DNA of 40,637 nt from Dirinaria sp. TL-2023a (Eukaryota): NCBI GenBank assembly GCA_051941275.1, contig JAVEBF010000045.1, forward strand, positions 1 to 40,637. The letters are read 5' to 3'. A program made the position numbers and the translations under genes. Below the pieces are notes generated by a model. The model did no database searches, was not told the DNA's origin, and saw only the letters and a program-made list of their open reading frames with translations. Position 1 is the first letter of the stretch; the number at the start of each line of letters is the position of its first letter. Below, one piece after another: positions 1-13,626 of the stretch.

Positions 1-1012
1 CCCTCTTCCTTAATCCTTGCCCCCTCAACTCTCACTTCTCAAAATCTCTCCCCCCTTCTCTCCCCATTCTCACTCAAGTTCAAAGCATAAACCCTCATTA
101 TAGAAGAAAAATGAAATGAATAATGCAGATCTGGGATGGTATCATTACCACCTGCCCAAAAACCGCATCCCTGCCCAGGGAGGCAATGGGGTGGAATATA
201 GATTCCTACACATGCGGCAAAAAACAGAGAGACAGCCGCTTAGGTATGAACGTGTAAAAGAATATTCGGAACCGCGCCAGGGGGTGTTAGTTGATGCTTC
301 GATAGTACAGATCCCAGCCACTTGGAGATTGTGCCATCTTTCATATCGCAATAATGCAACATCTAGCAATAATTGAAAAGTTGCCGCCAAGCGTAACTTG
401 TTAGAGACTTCTATAAAAAAACAGGTTTAATGATCCATTTATGCACGTTGGCAGAAACACACTGGCTACCAGCTCATTGTTCACTATTCAGTACTTGAAG
501 AGATAGTGACTTACTTAGCTAGCTGATCATACCTTAGGGCTTTCGCTGCATTCTTCTTCATCTTCATCGGATTCAAATTCCTTTAACATTTCTACGTATA
601 AATTCAAGAGTTTCCGCGGTATTCGCTCGCCTGCATTCTACTTTGTATCATTATAGAAAAAAAGATCGAAGTAAGAAGTAAACCGCAGCTCCCCGAGATG
701 ACGCCAAGTATTTCAAGAGACTAAAAGATCTTTGCTCTGACGCATAGCTGAAATTTTGCAATGAGACTTGATCTAAAGATTGGTCGAGTAACTCAAAGCA
801 TGATGGTGTTCTTCCGGAAAAAGGAATATTTAGAGAGTCACCTGAACATACAGAGCACCATTCAATCAAGAACTGTGATATAGCTTATTGTTTCATGTCC
901 ATAATGAATTTTAAGGAAATCCGTGAGCAGCATGCTATTATGCCTGGTAGAATAAAAGCTCTCAGATTCGAAGCCAAAAACAAATTCCAAAACTTGCCTT
1001 GCATCTCGCTGT

Positions 1013-3298
1013 TTACATCTTCTCCCCCTTCTTCAACCCACCAAACAGCCCTTTTGTAGCCTCCGGATATTCGACCAACGGTCCGTAATAAGGGAATCGG
1101 TCATTGGTCATGCTCGACACGACCCGCTGCCCCACAATGGCCAGTTTGAAACTGCTCGGGATCTCATTGTTGCCAACTGGACTATCATCCAGTCGCTGAA
1201 TTCGGTAGCCGAGCTGTGTACTGAGATACGGCACAGTACTGTTAGGTTTGAGATTCACACTTAGGTCTGTAAGCCGGTGCGTGAGCGCGATTTGACCGAC
1301 CATCATCCCATCAGTGTGTGACATGGCGGCGTAAGAGCCGGCGAGTGAACCAGCAGTGGCCCAGCTGTCGGGTGAAGGGGGGATTGCGCCAATGAATACA
1401 TGTATCCATAGCGGATGAGTGATTTCAGAGCTGTCGAGCTTTACGTTTGCGAAATATTGGTAGTCGCCGTTGATCCACGGGGGATGGTAGGCCCGCTTCG
1501 AGGCTTTCAGCGAGCGACGTGTTACATTACCAGTTGGATTGTAGAGCTGGTTTAGAGCTGTTCTGGCATTCGCTGCAAGTTGAGTAGCATTGACGCCCCA
1601 GTCGACCACTTCAGGATATGTGTAGCCAAGTGACCGCTGTTTAGATTAGCATAGCAGTCCGTTTTTCTAGGGTAGGTGATACAGACTGTGGATCTGACTG
1701 TCGGTGGCGTGTAGAGGTCATTAAATGCGTCGGAGTGAAAAGGCGTCAAAGCTATCTGAATTAGCGTTGTAAATTACGTGTACTGGGATAGGTGATCCAA
1801 ACAGCTATTGATGCCTTCAGTCCCACCGGGAGCGTCGGTGTAAGTCCCAATTGAGTTGATCTGTGATGTCACGTAGGAGCTTGGATAGATAGCTTGCCAA
1901 ATAGCAAAAAGCCGGTCGACATTGCTTTGAGCAATGAGTGAATGTCGCTTCCTTGAGTAGGAGTAGGTAAACGACTGCTTACGTATGATGAAGCCAGAAG
2001 ACAGGATCAAAGGCGGAGTATGGGATGTTGCTCATATGACCACCATGGCCGCCAACAAGTGCATGAATGGCGTTATGCATGTTCTCTATACTATTATACC
2101 GCCCGCCGCGTGCATCAGAATATGCTGTGTTTGAAAATGGTGCGTAGTTGCTTGTTTGAGAAATTAGTTGGTATGTCATGGAACGCAACCTACCCTCATT
2201 AGTCAAATTCATGTGTCTTCGAACTCGATACTCACTGCACTGCTTGGGCTTCTAATTTTCCATTGGCAACTGAGGGTTGGCTCTGGCCTGCAGCGTCAGG
2301 ACACCGGACGGTACTGGTGTACTTGGCAAGCTGCGTGTTACGTTAGCAGAACCTTGGGAATTTCTCAGGCGCCTCAGTCGCAAATTATAGGGGAATGAAG
2401 AAATAATGTGCCGCTTAGACACTTGATGGGATCTGAAGTTAGTTGACGTACAGCATCACTAGGGGGAAAGTCGGCTGCCGATGGCTGTGGATGAAATGTG
2501 TAATTGTACAAGGGGTTGACGACGGTCTGGGGTCCCGTAGCTGTATTGATTGAGATGATGGGCTGATTGACGGCATCAGGCATTGTTGCATTGGAAGCCC
2601 AGTCCCTGGTCAATCTCTTTATTTTAGCGGCACTTCTCAAGAGCATTGATCATGCTGGTTGACTGCGTAAGAAAAGCCCTCTCGAATTCGTTCCATGCGT
2701 TGACTTGAATTGAATGGCAAACAAGAAGCTAGACGATACATACCAGTACGGCATCCGGAATGTCTGAGCTGCAGCTTGATACTGTGCACGCTGGGAGACT
2801 GGGTAGGTCGATGCAATCTGCTGTGCGCTATCCCATAATACTTGCTACATTCTTAGCCGAGATCGAATCTGGACGAATCGGACATACTTCGAATAGAGCC
2901 ATGTACGGACGGTGCCAGACCGGGAAAAGAATGGACCCATGTGTACAGTATCCGAGATTGTATGGCCCTTGGACGCCATCCCACGAGCTAAAAGGGTGAC
3001 CGTGGATGCCTCAGGCTTGTCAGTTGGATTTGTAAAGTTCAAAGCTGTTTCCTTATTTACCTGACACTTGGTAGTATGATAGCAGCGATGATTGATTTTG
3101 CTGCGCAAAAGCCTGAAGAGAAAGAATGTAGAGGTCGAAGGCTGGACCTGCATGTACGAATTCTGTGAAGTCTTTGCGCATTGGCCGCTCGCCAGTAACG
3201 AGGTTTACACCACCTTGTGGCCCTTTGATGGCATAAGTGCTAGTGAGGGCGATTAGAACAGCAAGAAATAAGGCCCAGTGGAGAATAGGAAGACGCAT
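1013..3298 (-). CDS. Secreted tyrosinase (type-3 copper protein) with C-terminal domain; 9 exons
   Basis: Manual splicing gives a continuous frame: signal-peptide-like [23 protein letters not shown]; CuA region GIHGHP..WDG...[31 protein letters not shown]; CuB ENMHNAIH...[41 protein letters not shown] (YxY motif). Eight introns with GT donors. Confidence 0.93.
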
Positions 3299-5282
3299 TG
3301 TAAGATGCTATAAGATAAAAATAGGACGACGAGGAAAGGGAGGAATAGAGAAAGACGTATGGTGAAGATCCGCTCTTATTTATTGTTTAGGACGCACCGT
3401 CCCCTTCACTCCATGACGTGTGCGTGTTGATTTGAAGACTACACGCCTAAGCTCACGGCTATTACGCATTTTCCACAAGGCAGGAACAAGAGCGTTGCTG
3501 CATTAGACGCTACCATACTGAGAGAGCGGAATGCAGACTTCGATTGCACCACCTCTCTATCTCATGCAACCTTCACATCTTTGGGAAGAGACTCCAGTTT
3601 TATTTCCCTGCCCCAAGTCACGTTCACGAAGTGTTGTGTACCCAGAGGTCGGATTCTAACTGGGTCAAGAATCATGATTCTGCGACTTTCCGTAGGCATG
3701 TATGCGTGCTGCCTCTAGTCCACGGACCTTGAAAGGATCATCCCGGACATGTGTTCATAATACGAACAACTCCATTGCTTAGGACCCAATACTTTGCCTT
3801 GCATTGTACGAAAGCGATAAAATATTGGTATTTCCTTATGCTCCAAAGTGGACGTCCTTTGCAGACCAAGAACAAAAAGATTACTATGCGAAGAGCGGAT
3901 AAGGGCACGACAATCGTGAAGGAGACTAGAGGCCACTTGGTGTACCTAACAAGATTCGAAGGCTCATGTTTAAATGCAGAGGTCACGAACCCATTGCAGC
4001 ACTACCCAGGCTTTCCATACTGTTCAAGTAAATCTGCACTTCGCTGTTATCCCGTGCTCTGCTAAGAATGGGTTCTACAAGTGATATTCCTTGACGAGCA
4101 CGTCAGCATATTTAATTGTGTTTTGTGATCGCTCTTCCGGTGCTCTTACAACGGGCAATGCAAATTTAACGGCCTGCTGAATCGACGACGGCTCCTCGTT
4201 GGTCGATAGCGCATCGGCATCTCGTTAGCATGTTTTTGTCATGAGTTGCGGATCCGCTTGAAATTACCACCTAGTCAGAGCATGGGATACGAATTTTCTT
4301 GAAATACACAGGAGAGGCTCATAAGTTTTCAGAAGTCGATCTCGGAATGCCATGCTCGATACCGTTGATGGAGCTGCAGCTGTCCAAGATCGAGTGAGCA
4401 ATTACCCGTACGCATGCACCATCTGCAAGATTTGTGGAGTTCATGTCTGGCACGATAAGCTCGTCCGCGATGGAGTCCTCTGTGGCCATATCGCACTCGC
4501 TCGGCGATGTTTCGAACGATTCAGAGTCTGCGAATAATTGGTCGACCACATATTGTTGTCAATCTCTCAAGAAGAATCCCTTACTCGGTACCCTTGGGAT
4601 CCGAATGCCCAATCTGAATTGTGCCTTAAGAAGTGGAGCACAGTCAAGGGGCATAGCCAGAGATCAGCAGGAAGTCGTATGCGAAGCATCATTATTGAGC
4701 GCAGCTTGAGTCATTCTGGCATAACCGAGCCGTTATCTGTGGCCACGTTCAATATGAGATTCGTTCTTCACAAGGGTTTGAAAGGAATAGGATGGAAGTG
4801 GTGAAACATGCGTGTCAACTTTAGTATTGGCGTATTGCATAAGCGTAGGTGGCATGGGTGTGAAAGATGGCGTACCCAGTACCCTGTGCTTTCAGCAAAT
4901 CTGAGATAGACGGGCATCCTTACGGGTGCAACCAGGAGGACCCTGCAAGTGGGAAAATGCGAGGTATTTGTTTGGCCTCATAGATATTCATGCTTGTTAT
5001 CCCTGCAATAATGAAATTGGCAACGAAACGATCTCTGCATCATTACATACAGTAATGATTGACATGCACCTCGCGACGCATGATGTACTGGAAGATGAAG
5101 GGGCGGATGACGATGGGAGCAAACATAAACGCTCGGCGGCTGAGCAGATTGACGTGGTGGCAGCTGGCTAGATTCAGCCACATCCAGGACAGCTCTCGAT
5201 GAATGCCTACGCGATCTTTCCTGGATTGCGACGATCCCAGCAGATCAGACATTATTAGGTCCAGGAAAAAGAATAAAGTAAG

Positions 5283-6566
5283 ATGGCCTACAACAGCGGA
5301 TACAACCCGGATGCGCTGCCTGCGTAAGTCGTCGCGTGGGCCGTACATGTACTTTCCGCGAACCAAAGCACTGACAAACACATACTAGGCATGCCGAACC
5401 AGAGCAAGTAGGTTTCATAGCATTGAGCGTGTTCCTCAATCTCAGGTAGCTGATACCCGTCCGAAAAGGCAGCGCAGATCCTTGCGCAGCAACAGCAACA
5501 ACAACAACAACAACAGCAGCCACCGCCATCGCAGAACCCTCCTCTACCACATCGGCCTCGCCCAGGTTCCCTTTCGAACAGCCAAGGCTACAACACTACT
5601 CCTCAAGCATCCTACCAAAATCGCCCACCTCCCTTGACCCCTCAGCCGCCGCCGTCGCAGCAACAGCAGCGATACCAACAACAGCAACCGCCTCCACGCC
5701 CCTCTCCCTCAAACCCGCCCCAAGATTACAATTACAACTACAACAACAACAACCAACCGCACTCCGCCGGTCCTCCGCAGAACTACCAAGCTCCAGCACC
5801 ACCACCTCAGCCTCAAGCCTTCACCGCAACAACAGCATCCCCCCCACCACCGCGGAACTACGGCTTCGGGCCTCCACCGCAAGCGCACCATGGCCGCTCG
5901 CCACCACTTTCCCGACCGCCCCGAACCCCGGCTCCGCCACCGCCGCAGCCGCCCGGGCGGAGCGAAGCGGACGCCTCGCTGTTCCCGCTCTTCAAAGCCG
6001 TCGACAAACAAGGCACGGGCCAGCTGACGGAGAAAGAGCTGCGCGCCGCGCTCGTGAACGGGGACTACACCTCGTTCGACCCGCACACGGTGAAAATGAT
6101 GATCCGGATGTTCGACGTGGACAAGACGGGCACGATCAACTTCGACGAGTTCTGCGGGCTGTGGTCCTTCCTGGCCGCGTGGCGGGCGCTGTTCGACCGC
6201 TTCGACGCCGACCGCAGCGGGTCCATCTCCCCCGACGAGTACGCCCACGCCCTCGTCGCGTTCGGCTACCGCCTCAGCAGCGCCTTCGTCGGCATCCTCT
6301 ACCGCACGTACGAGAAGAGCGGCGAGGGCAATATGAGCTTCGATCTTTTCGTTCAGAGCTGTATCAGTCTGAAACGCATGACGGATGTGTTCAAGCGGTA
6401 CGATACCGATCGCGATGGGTATATCACCCTCAGCTTCGAGGAGTTTTTGACTGGTGAGTACATAGTGAAGAGACAGGTTTTTCTTTTCTTGGTTCGCTGC
6501 GACGGATTCTTGTGCAGTCAATATGGCTAATGCAAGGGACAAACAGAGATCTTGCGGCAAAGATGA
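5283..6566 (+). CDS. PEF1: Peflin / penta-EF-hand calcium-binding protein with Q/P-rich N-terminus; exons 5283-5323, 5389-5407, 5469-6453, 6547-6566
   Basis: Spliced N-terminus MAYNSGYNPDALPAHAEPEQAAQILAQQQ; EF hands FKAVDKQGTGQLTEKEL, MFDVDKTGTINFDEF, FDRFDADRSGSISPDE, FKRYDTDRDGYITLSFEEFLTEILRQR*; canonical splice sites. Confidence 0.93.
5487..5520 (+). repeat. CAA/CAG trinucleotide repeat encoding poly-Gln in Pef1
   Basis: cagcaacagcaacaacaacaacaacaacagcag, in frame in exon 3. Confidence 0.85.
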
Positions 6567-6954
6567 GCGCGCAGAAAACGAATCTCGGAGGTGATTGGGG
6601 GAGAGAGAGAGAGAAACTTAGTCTACAGAGAGGTGCTGCAGATCGAGAGAGCGTATATTAGAGAGATGAGATACCCATACTACAAAAGTAGCGCGTGCCC
6701 CGGAATTCAGCCACATTAAGCACCCTGCATTTCGTAAAATGAAGCTTGTATAAGAGTAAATCGATATTATCCAATATCTATGTCCTATGGACCCCAATAA
6801 AAAATGCTTGTTTAATATCCGACCATGTCCGTACATGATGCAAAACGCCCGCGCTGCGCTAACCATGTGGCCATCCATGGGGGAAAAAAAATGTACAATA
6901 ATCGTAACCTGCGCATGATCTGCATGCACTATCTTTCTGCATGCCGACAAAATT

Positions 6955-9001
6955 TCATCCCTTCTCCACATCTCCTCCGCTCTTCCTATTCTGACTCAAT
7001 CGTTTATCTTCAGCGCGCAGCCGCTCCTGCTCCGCCAGCCCTTGCTTCTGGATCTGATGCTGCTTGCTGAGCTTGTTCCGGCCAATGGCCGCGCTGCAGC
7101 AGATGCCGAGAGCGGCGATGGCGACGTAGAAATACCACATGGTTCGCAGGCTGGCCGTGTAGGCCGAGGTGGCCATGTTGCGCTGCGTGGGGAGCAGGGA
7201 TTGCACGATGTTGGTGCTTGCGCCTGCGCTGCCGCCACCCAAGGCACTGCCGACTTGCGGGCCCAACGCAGCTTGCAGCTCTCGCGCGTGCTTCGACATG
7301 CCGTTCTGGAAAATGACGCCGCCGATCACCACTGAGATCGAGGTTGCGAGGTTCCGCACGAAACCGAATGTTGCTGTTGCGCTGGCGATATCCCGTGGCT
7401 CGATTAGCGACTGCAGTGCGATTAATGGGGCCTGGAAGTTCGGTCCTACGCCTAGGCCTGCGATGATCTGGTAGATGATCAACTTGTCCCAGGAGCCCTT
7501 ACGGTTGGGAAGGTCGATGAAGAGCCCGAAGCCGAGCGTCATGAAAGCCATGCCTAACCAGATTGGGGGCAGGTATTGGCCTGTTTTTTTAATGTAGATT
7601 CCTGTGCCCATGGATGTGAAAGACATGGAGAGGACGAAGGGAAAGGTGTAGACTCCAGAAAGAATGGGCGTCGCCGTATATACAGATTGAAAGTAGAGGG
7701 GAAGGAAGTAGGAGGCAGCGATGAACACCGTACCATGGCAGAAGCAGACCATGAGCGCGGCGATGTTCGAGCGGCGCGAGAAGAGCCGAAGCGGCATAAC
7801 CGGGTAGACAGCTAGCCTCCATTCATTGAGGAAGAATAGTGCCAAGGTAACGAGGCCAAAGACAATGAGACAGATAACCGTGGCGGATTTCCAGGGGAAA
7901 TTGACTCCGCCATATTCGAGACCCAGGAGGAACATTAGAGTACCTCCCACAATCGTAATGCAGCCTATCCAATCAATAGCTTTCAGGCTCGCAAGCAGCG
8001 GCGATTTAGGTATCTCAATGTCGAGCAGAAACAATATGATGATAAATGCTAGCCCGTCAAAAGGAACTATAGAGGTAGCTCATTTAGCATTGCATCTTCA
8101 TATGATGGGGCCAAGAACGCTTACGGTTGATATAAAAACACCAACGCCAAGATACTTTTTCAGTAAATATACCGCCTAGCACTGGTCCGATAGCGCTGGC
8201 TATGCCCCAAACCATGCCGATAAAACCAAAGTACTTTCCGCGTTCCCTGAGGAATAGTGTCAGGGCGTGGCTATAAAGCCATCAACGGTGGCATCCATTC
8301 AGACTCACCTCATGCTAAATAGATCGCTAATGCAAATATTGGCTAAAATAATCAGGCCTCCACCTCCAATCCCTTGTATAACTCTGCCGCCAATGAGCAT
8401 CTTGACGTTGACGCTTGTGGCTGATATGAGGGATCCAAGGAGAAAGATGGCGTTGGCGAAGAGCACAATTGGTTTCCTTCCCCAGATGTCACTGAACTTT
8501 CCCCACGTAGGCGTCGATGCTGCGGCGGCTAGGAGGTAAGCCGAACCGATCCAAGTATAGTCTGCTTCTGAGGCGTGAAACCGTGAAGTGATTGTCGGGA
8601 TAGCAGTCGTAATGATAGTCTACTTAAATTCAGCCGGCTTTTCGCCTCCATGCTCGAAGCAATACGATACTCACCATGTCCAATGCTGCGAGAAAGACTG
8701 CTATCTATGGGACTGATCAGCTTCAGATCGGTATCGCCACAAGGTTTGTCAAGCTTACGCATAGTGAGAGCATGATCAATGCGGTCTTGAGTTTGCTCCG
8801 TTGTGGCGCTGCTGGCTCCTCTTCTTTCTTTGGTTCTGCAACATCTTCTGAAGAGCCGCCTGGCGACAGGCTCTTAGCCCGATCTGAGCTTCCGTCGCCA
8901 GCAAGTCTAGCAGTATGTTCAGATTCATCTGCTCCCATTCCCGCTTCTGCGACACCTTCAAGACGGGACGCCTCTGAGGGCTCCTGGACCGGAGGTGCCA
9001 T
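6955..9001 (-). CDS. MFS multidrug/toxin efflux transporter, DHA2 (14-TM) family; multi-exon
   Basis: Many hydrophobic TM segments; motifs [70 protein letters not shown]; introns in the 5' half (8035-8760). Confidence 0.92.
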
Positions 9002-10333
9002 CAGATGAAAAAATTATCGCAGAGAAAGCACAGAGCAAGATAGAAAAGTGCAAGAGAACGTCCAGCCCAATCGATATGGGCGTCTAGTCTTGGTGGCGTG
9101 ATATGACGTGACTTGAGGAAGGGCTATCAAGAACAATGAAAGTGCTTTTTAAAGAGCCAAGAACCTGTGTTCTAGTGACAATACTGTATGATGGAACGGA
9201 ACAACTATCCTTCATCAAGAAACGATGGAAGGAGCCTACCATATGACTGCAAGCGAAAGACTACCTCAGTGTTCCCACCTCCAACAGAATCTGGACTTAT
9301 ACATACTGGCCGCCACCCATTTCTAATCTACTTTGGATCGGAAATAGGGTGATCGACCCCGGAGCTACGTCGGGCTAACTACATCCGCCTCTCTTCACAC
9401 CTCCTACATTTTACCTACGGAGTACGCCGACCGACGCCATAAGTCCTGGCTGGCGTCATGTACGTTAATACTAGTCGTCCAGGTGAGTACAGGTAGACTT
9501 GGCAGAGCCCAGGTAGCAAACTGAAGCTTTCGAGTGATAGTTTTAGGTGATCCCCCGGGCGACTTTCGCTTGACCCCCCACCTGTCGCATTGGCCGCGCT
9601 AGCCAGCACTTATGCCTAAGATCCGCAAAAGCCGAAAGGCCGTTGCACATACAGTCCTTACTCGACGGGTAAATAATATGCCTGCTCGTTATGATTCGTC
9701 GTGAAACCCGAAATCTGCTGCTTGTTTCGTGGATCCGTGACTAGAGGGAAAGCTTGTTTTTCATCTGCCGATTGCGTGCCGAGACTTCAGACTTGCGCGT
9801 TTAAGGTAATTCGCTGTTGCGTACCGTGGGACGATGCAAACATGAACACACTGGAGAATGGCCTGGTGCTGTGACCTCCGAACGGTACATCGTATGTACG
9901 TACATGCCGCAATTCCAGTACCTGTGCATGTGTAGCTTTTGAACAGGAATACGCGTACGATTAGCAATCGCGAGAACCGCTACATGAAAACTCCCAAGTC
10001 CGTCAATTCCGATCAGACATTTTGTAGAAATGGCAGGATTCTACGAGCCCCCTCGACACTCAACAGTACACGATGTATTCAATGGGAGCTTCAAAATTGG
10101 TTGTACTACGTACTGTATAAGCTGGCCGAACCGAGAAATATACGGCAAGCGAGCGTGAAGGGTATCTTCCGACTACAAGTCCCATCATGAAGCCAAAACT
10201 AGCTCTCGTACATTCATAACCCATGTCGTAGGGAATCCCCAAACATGTGCCTCGAAAAGAATCAGATGAAAGCCCAACATCCCACCACTTATACAAAGGT
10301 GCCTGCCGTATGCAGGATCTGAATGCAAATCTA

Positions 10334-12253
10334 TCATGTCTTCACCCGTTTCAGAGTCGACGAGCTTTCTTGCGAGTCTCCTTCCGGGCTCTTCCTTTTT
10401 TTGTCTCCTTCTTCCTCCCGCAGAAAGCTCGGTCCGTTACCCATCACCGGCGTCTGGAAATTCAGAGGGCTGGGCAGCATATTGCCCTCCCCTCCAGTCC
10501 GGCCAAAGCCCCACTCCGGATAAAAGGACGATGGCGATGGAAGTAGCTCGTTTGTGATGAATCGTGAGGGTAGTGCAGAGATCGGGGTCTCGATGTTGTT
10601 ATTGCTGTTGTATGACTGGGTGTTACTGGAACTGTGGTTCGGAGGGTGCGGTCGAGCGAATGGGTTTGGAGGACCTTGGGCGCCCGCGGAGAGTATAGCA
10701 CTGGCACTTGGTGAAGGTGGAGGCAGAACGACCCCAGAAGAGTGACTTGCTTCAGTGCTACCTTTGGCGGGGGTATCGACCACAGTGCCACCGGACTGAC
10801 GAGTAGACGACTCCGCTGATGCCTCGCCGTCGTCATCAGATTGCTCGCTAGGGATCTGGACTTTGAGTCTTGGTCTTTTGGCTCCCATTGGTGCACTGTT
10901 CGTTCGCAATGGGGGTGGAAACTCGGAGGCTTGGCCCGGCCGTGGCGGAGGGGCCCCTTTCTGCACTTGGGCTTGTGGGGGAGAAGGCTGGGACGGCTTT
11001 GCTTTGGGATTCGTGGGCTCGTTGAGTAGTCGGTTGGCGTTCTGTTTTTGCACTGTACTGATGTCTACCGATTGCGATCTGGTATCCTTTTCAGTCTTGA
11101 TGTCCTTCTTATCGCCTATCGACCAGTGCTGTGCGAGTAACGATCGACTATCATCGATGGGAGTAAATATGCTCCGTGATTTGGCATTTATAGGTTTTGG
11201 AGCGTAAGGCTGTTGTTCGTCATCTTGTGCGCGTTCTGGCTGTGGCGGGGATGGGACAGGTGGCTGCAAATGCTGAGATTCTGCTTGTGAGAATGTTGGT
11301 GGCATTGATTGCCGCCTTTGATCTTGTGTATACGTTTGCTGAACTTGGTGGTTTTGTGGGTGTTGTTGGGGTTGCCCAGTGAACTGCTGAGAACTAGGCA
11401 CTCCATGAAACCGTTGGTTCGGCAATCCGTTGTTCGGCAAACCGTGATGTGAAGCCACTGGCATGCCTTGCGCAGCGTGAGGATTGTAGATTGGAGGGTT
11501 TGGCATATATGCGTAGCCATTTGGGCCTTGTGCGGCCTGACTCGACTGCATTATTCCAAGGTTCGAACTAGGCCGGCGGACGGCATTTCGTGAACCAGGC
11601 CTTGAGCTCATTTGCATCTGAGCTTGAGGGGTATGCTGCCGATTATGATATGGGACGCCATTCGAAACTGGTGGTGATGCAGACGGAGCGTGTCTCATGT
11701 GCGTATAGCCAGCTTGATTCTGAATGTGTGGAGGGATGTTCTGCTCAGATGGTACGTTGTCATCCATAGGCGGTGTGCCCATCTCATCGTCATCATCATC
11801 ATCAAGATTGCCCCGGCCATTGAAATCCGCAGGGCCTTTGTGCTCATGAGCGGCACCATACTAGATGCTCGTCAGTTTTGCTTACGCTTTATGCGAGAAC
11901 ATGAACCCACATATTGGAAGCGCCCGATGGTCTCGTTGATGTCGCCCGATGAATACTCGTATAATTTCTTGTTATGGCCGAAGATGATGACAGCAACATC
12001 GACAGAACAGAGCACAGAAAGCTCATGAGCCTTCTTGAAGAGACCGCCTTTACGCTTTAGGAAGGTTCTGTTTTAAACGACAGTTTAGTGAGAGGCTCTT
12101 AGGAAGGAAGCCAGGAATGATTGGAGGGCGAAGGCTTTGCTTGGGATAAAGTGGGTGGCGAGCACAAGGCCACCCATTGAACTGGGAATAGACATACACG
12201 GAGCGATTCCTGTCATCTTTAATCGCTTTTATCTCAATCTTGCGTCTGCCCAT
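10334..12253 (-). CDS. rlmA: MEF2-type MADS-box transcription factor RlmA/Rlm1 (cell wall integrity pathway)
   Basis: [59 protein letters not shown] after removing intron 12068-12197; C-terminal motifs [56 protein letters not shown]. Confidence 0.95.
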
Positions 12254-13626
12254 CGCGACTGACTCAGTCCAGAGCACAAGATGGATTAAGGTTCGAGCAG
12301 CGTTGGAGCGGAATTCTGCTTGGAGCTCTGATAAAGCGTGACTCGAGGAAGACGGTTGGCCGGAAAAATGCAGTCCCTGGGATTGCGACGATGTCCAATG
12401 ATCAAGTACAGTAGTGGGCTGGAGGTTTTCTGGCAAATTCGAGGTCAAAGACTGGAAGAAAGGTCAAGCATATACGTCAGGGTTTCTTAGCCTTGAACAT
12501 GAGTGTACTCAGATTTGAAGATGCAGGTTTCTAATAATAAAAGAAGCGGGCGAGACTGCCCTCGAGTTTGGGAAGGGAACCCCGAACCACCCCCCAAGGG
12601 CCCAAAGATTCTTCACCCGGTTGCATTGGGTCACGTGGTGCCCGAATCCTCACCAATGAAACGTGTAAGAGTTGCGCTACTGCTCAATCCCGTCGCTTTG
12701 TAACGAGAAGAGCATATAAATAGATCCCGTTCTGGATATTAGTATCTATCTTCAGGATCATCGTCCAATGAAAAGAGGAAGAAAGAGCAGTAAATAGACT
12801 CCTTTCGGCCACCGTCATCCCGGCCTCCCACACCACGCCCCAAACATGGTTCTATTTCAGCCGCACTAGGCAGGTATGGATGGTATTTGGTGTGAAGTAG
12901 CTAGGCCGGAGGATTCGTTCCATCCTCGAAAGAGTGTCAAGTCAACCTCGTTGCTATTGAAAACCTGCGGGACCAAGTTGATGCTTGAGCGGCTCTGCGT
13001 GTGTACACAACACACTACCCTTGTCAATCTGTAGCGCCGACACCAATGGCTCTACCAAGATTGGTGGTTGTTCATCTGGTGTCCTTCCACTCATTGATCA
13101 GGTCGCATCGCTTATCTCACGCGGCAAGTTCATCAGATCGTACACTACCAGGACTCCTCCAGGTAGGTAGGTATCTACTACTTCCTTCTGCTCCGCATGG
13201 AAGTCAGTAAGCGCTTGGCATGCAGCGGAATAGGTGCGGCTCTTTCACTGGCACAGTTCACTATTCTTGGCTTTCAGGTTCGTGCTGCAATAATGGTTGA
13301 GATTCTGATTCCCGTGCAGCCATTCTATCTTGCTTGCCGATGGCTGGCTTTTTCTTCAACTTTGTTTTCAACAGAGACATCGGGATATTCAGATGCATTG
13401 TGGAGTCACGGTTCAGTGTTCTCATGTGTGGTTCTATGATAGAAGAGCATGCCCACACGTACATTATATTACATTGACTCCATCGTACATGCTAGTGCTC
13501 TTTTGTTATTCGACACTATGATCAACGAACTAGGTACTGATTCCGACTGGTATGAAACTTTCCTCAGACCTTTCGTATTATCTGAGCCTGGCTACAACCT
13601 TCTATATACATGAAAGCCAGTTCAGT

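Noticed and set aside
116..900. Short ORFs and an acidic fragment (EFESDEDEEEC) at the window start
   Set aside because: Interrupted by stops, no family recognised, and context truncated by the window edge.
5709..6560. 283-aa antisense ORF over PEF1
   Set aside because: Shadow ORF caused by high GC3 on the coding strand; no recognisable motifs.
1013..12253. Tyrosinase + MFS + transcription factor as a secondary-metabolite cluster
   Set aside because: No PKS, NRPS, terpene synthase or DUF3328 gene; PEF1 and RlmA are conserved housekeeping or signalling genes.
12254..12448. 65-codon in-frame non-AUG extension upstream of RlmA
   Set aside because: MEF2-type MADS proteins typically start at MGRRKI; there is no evidence for use of the TTG beyond an open frame.
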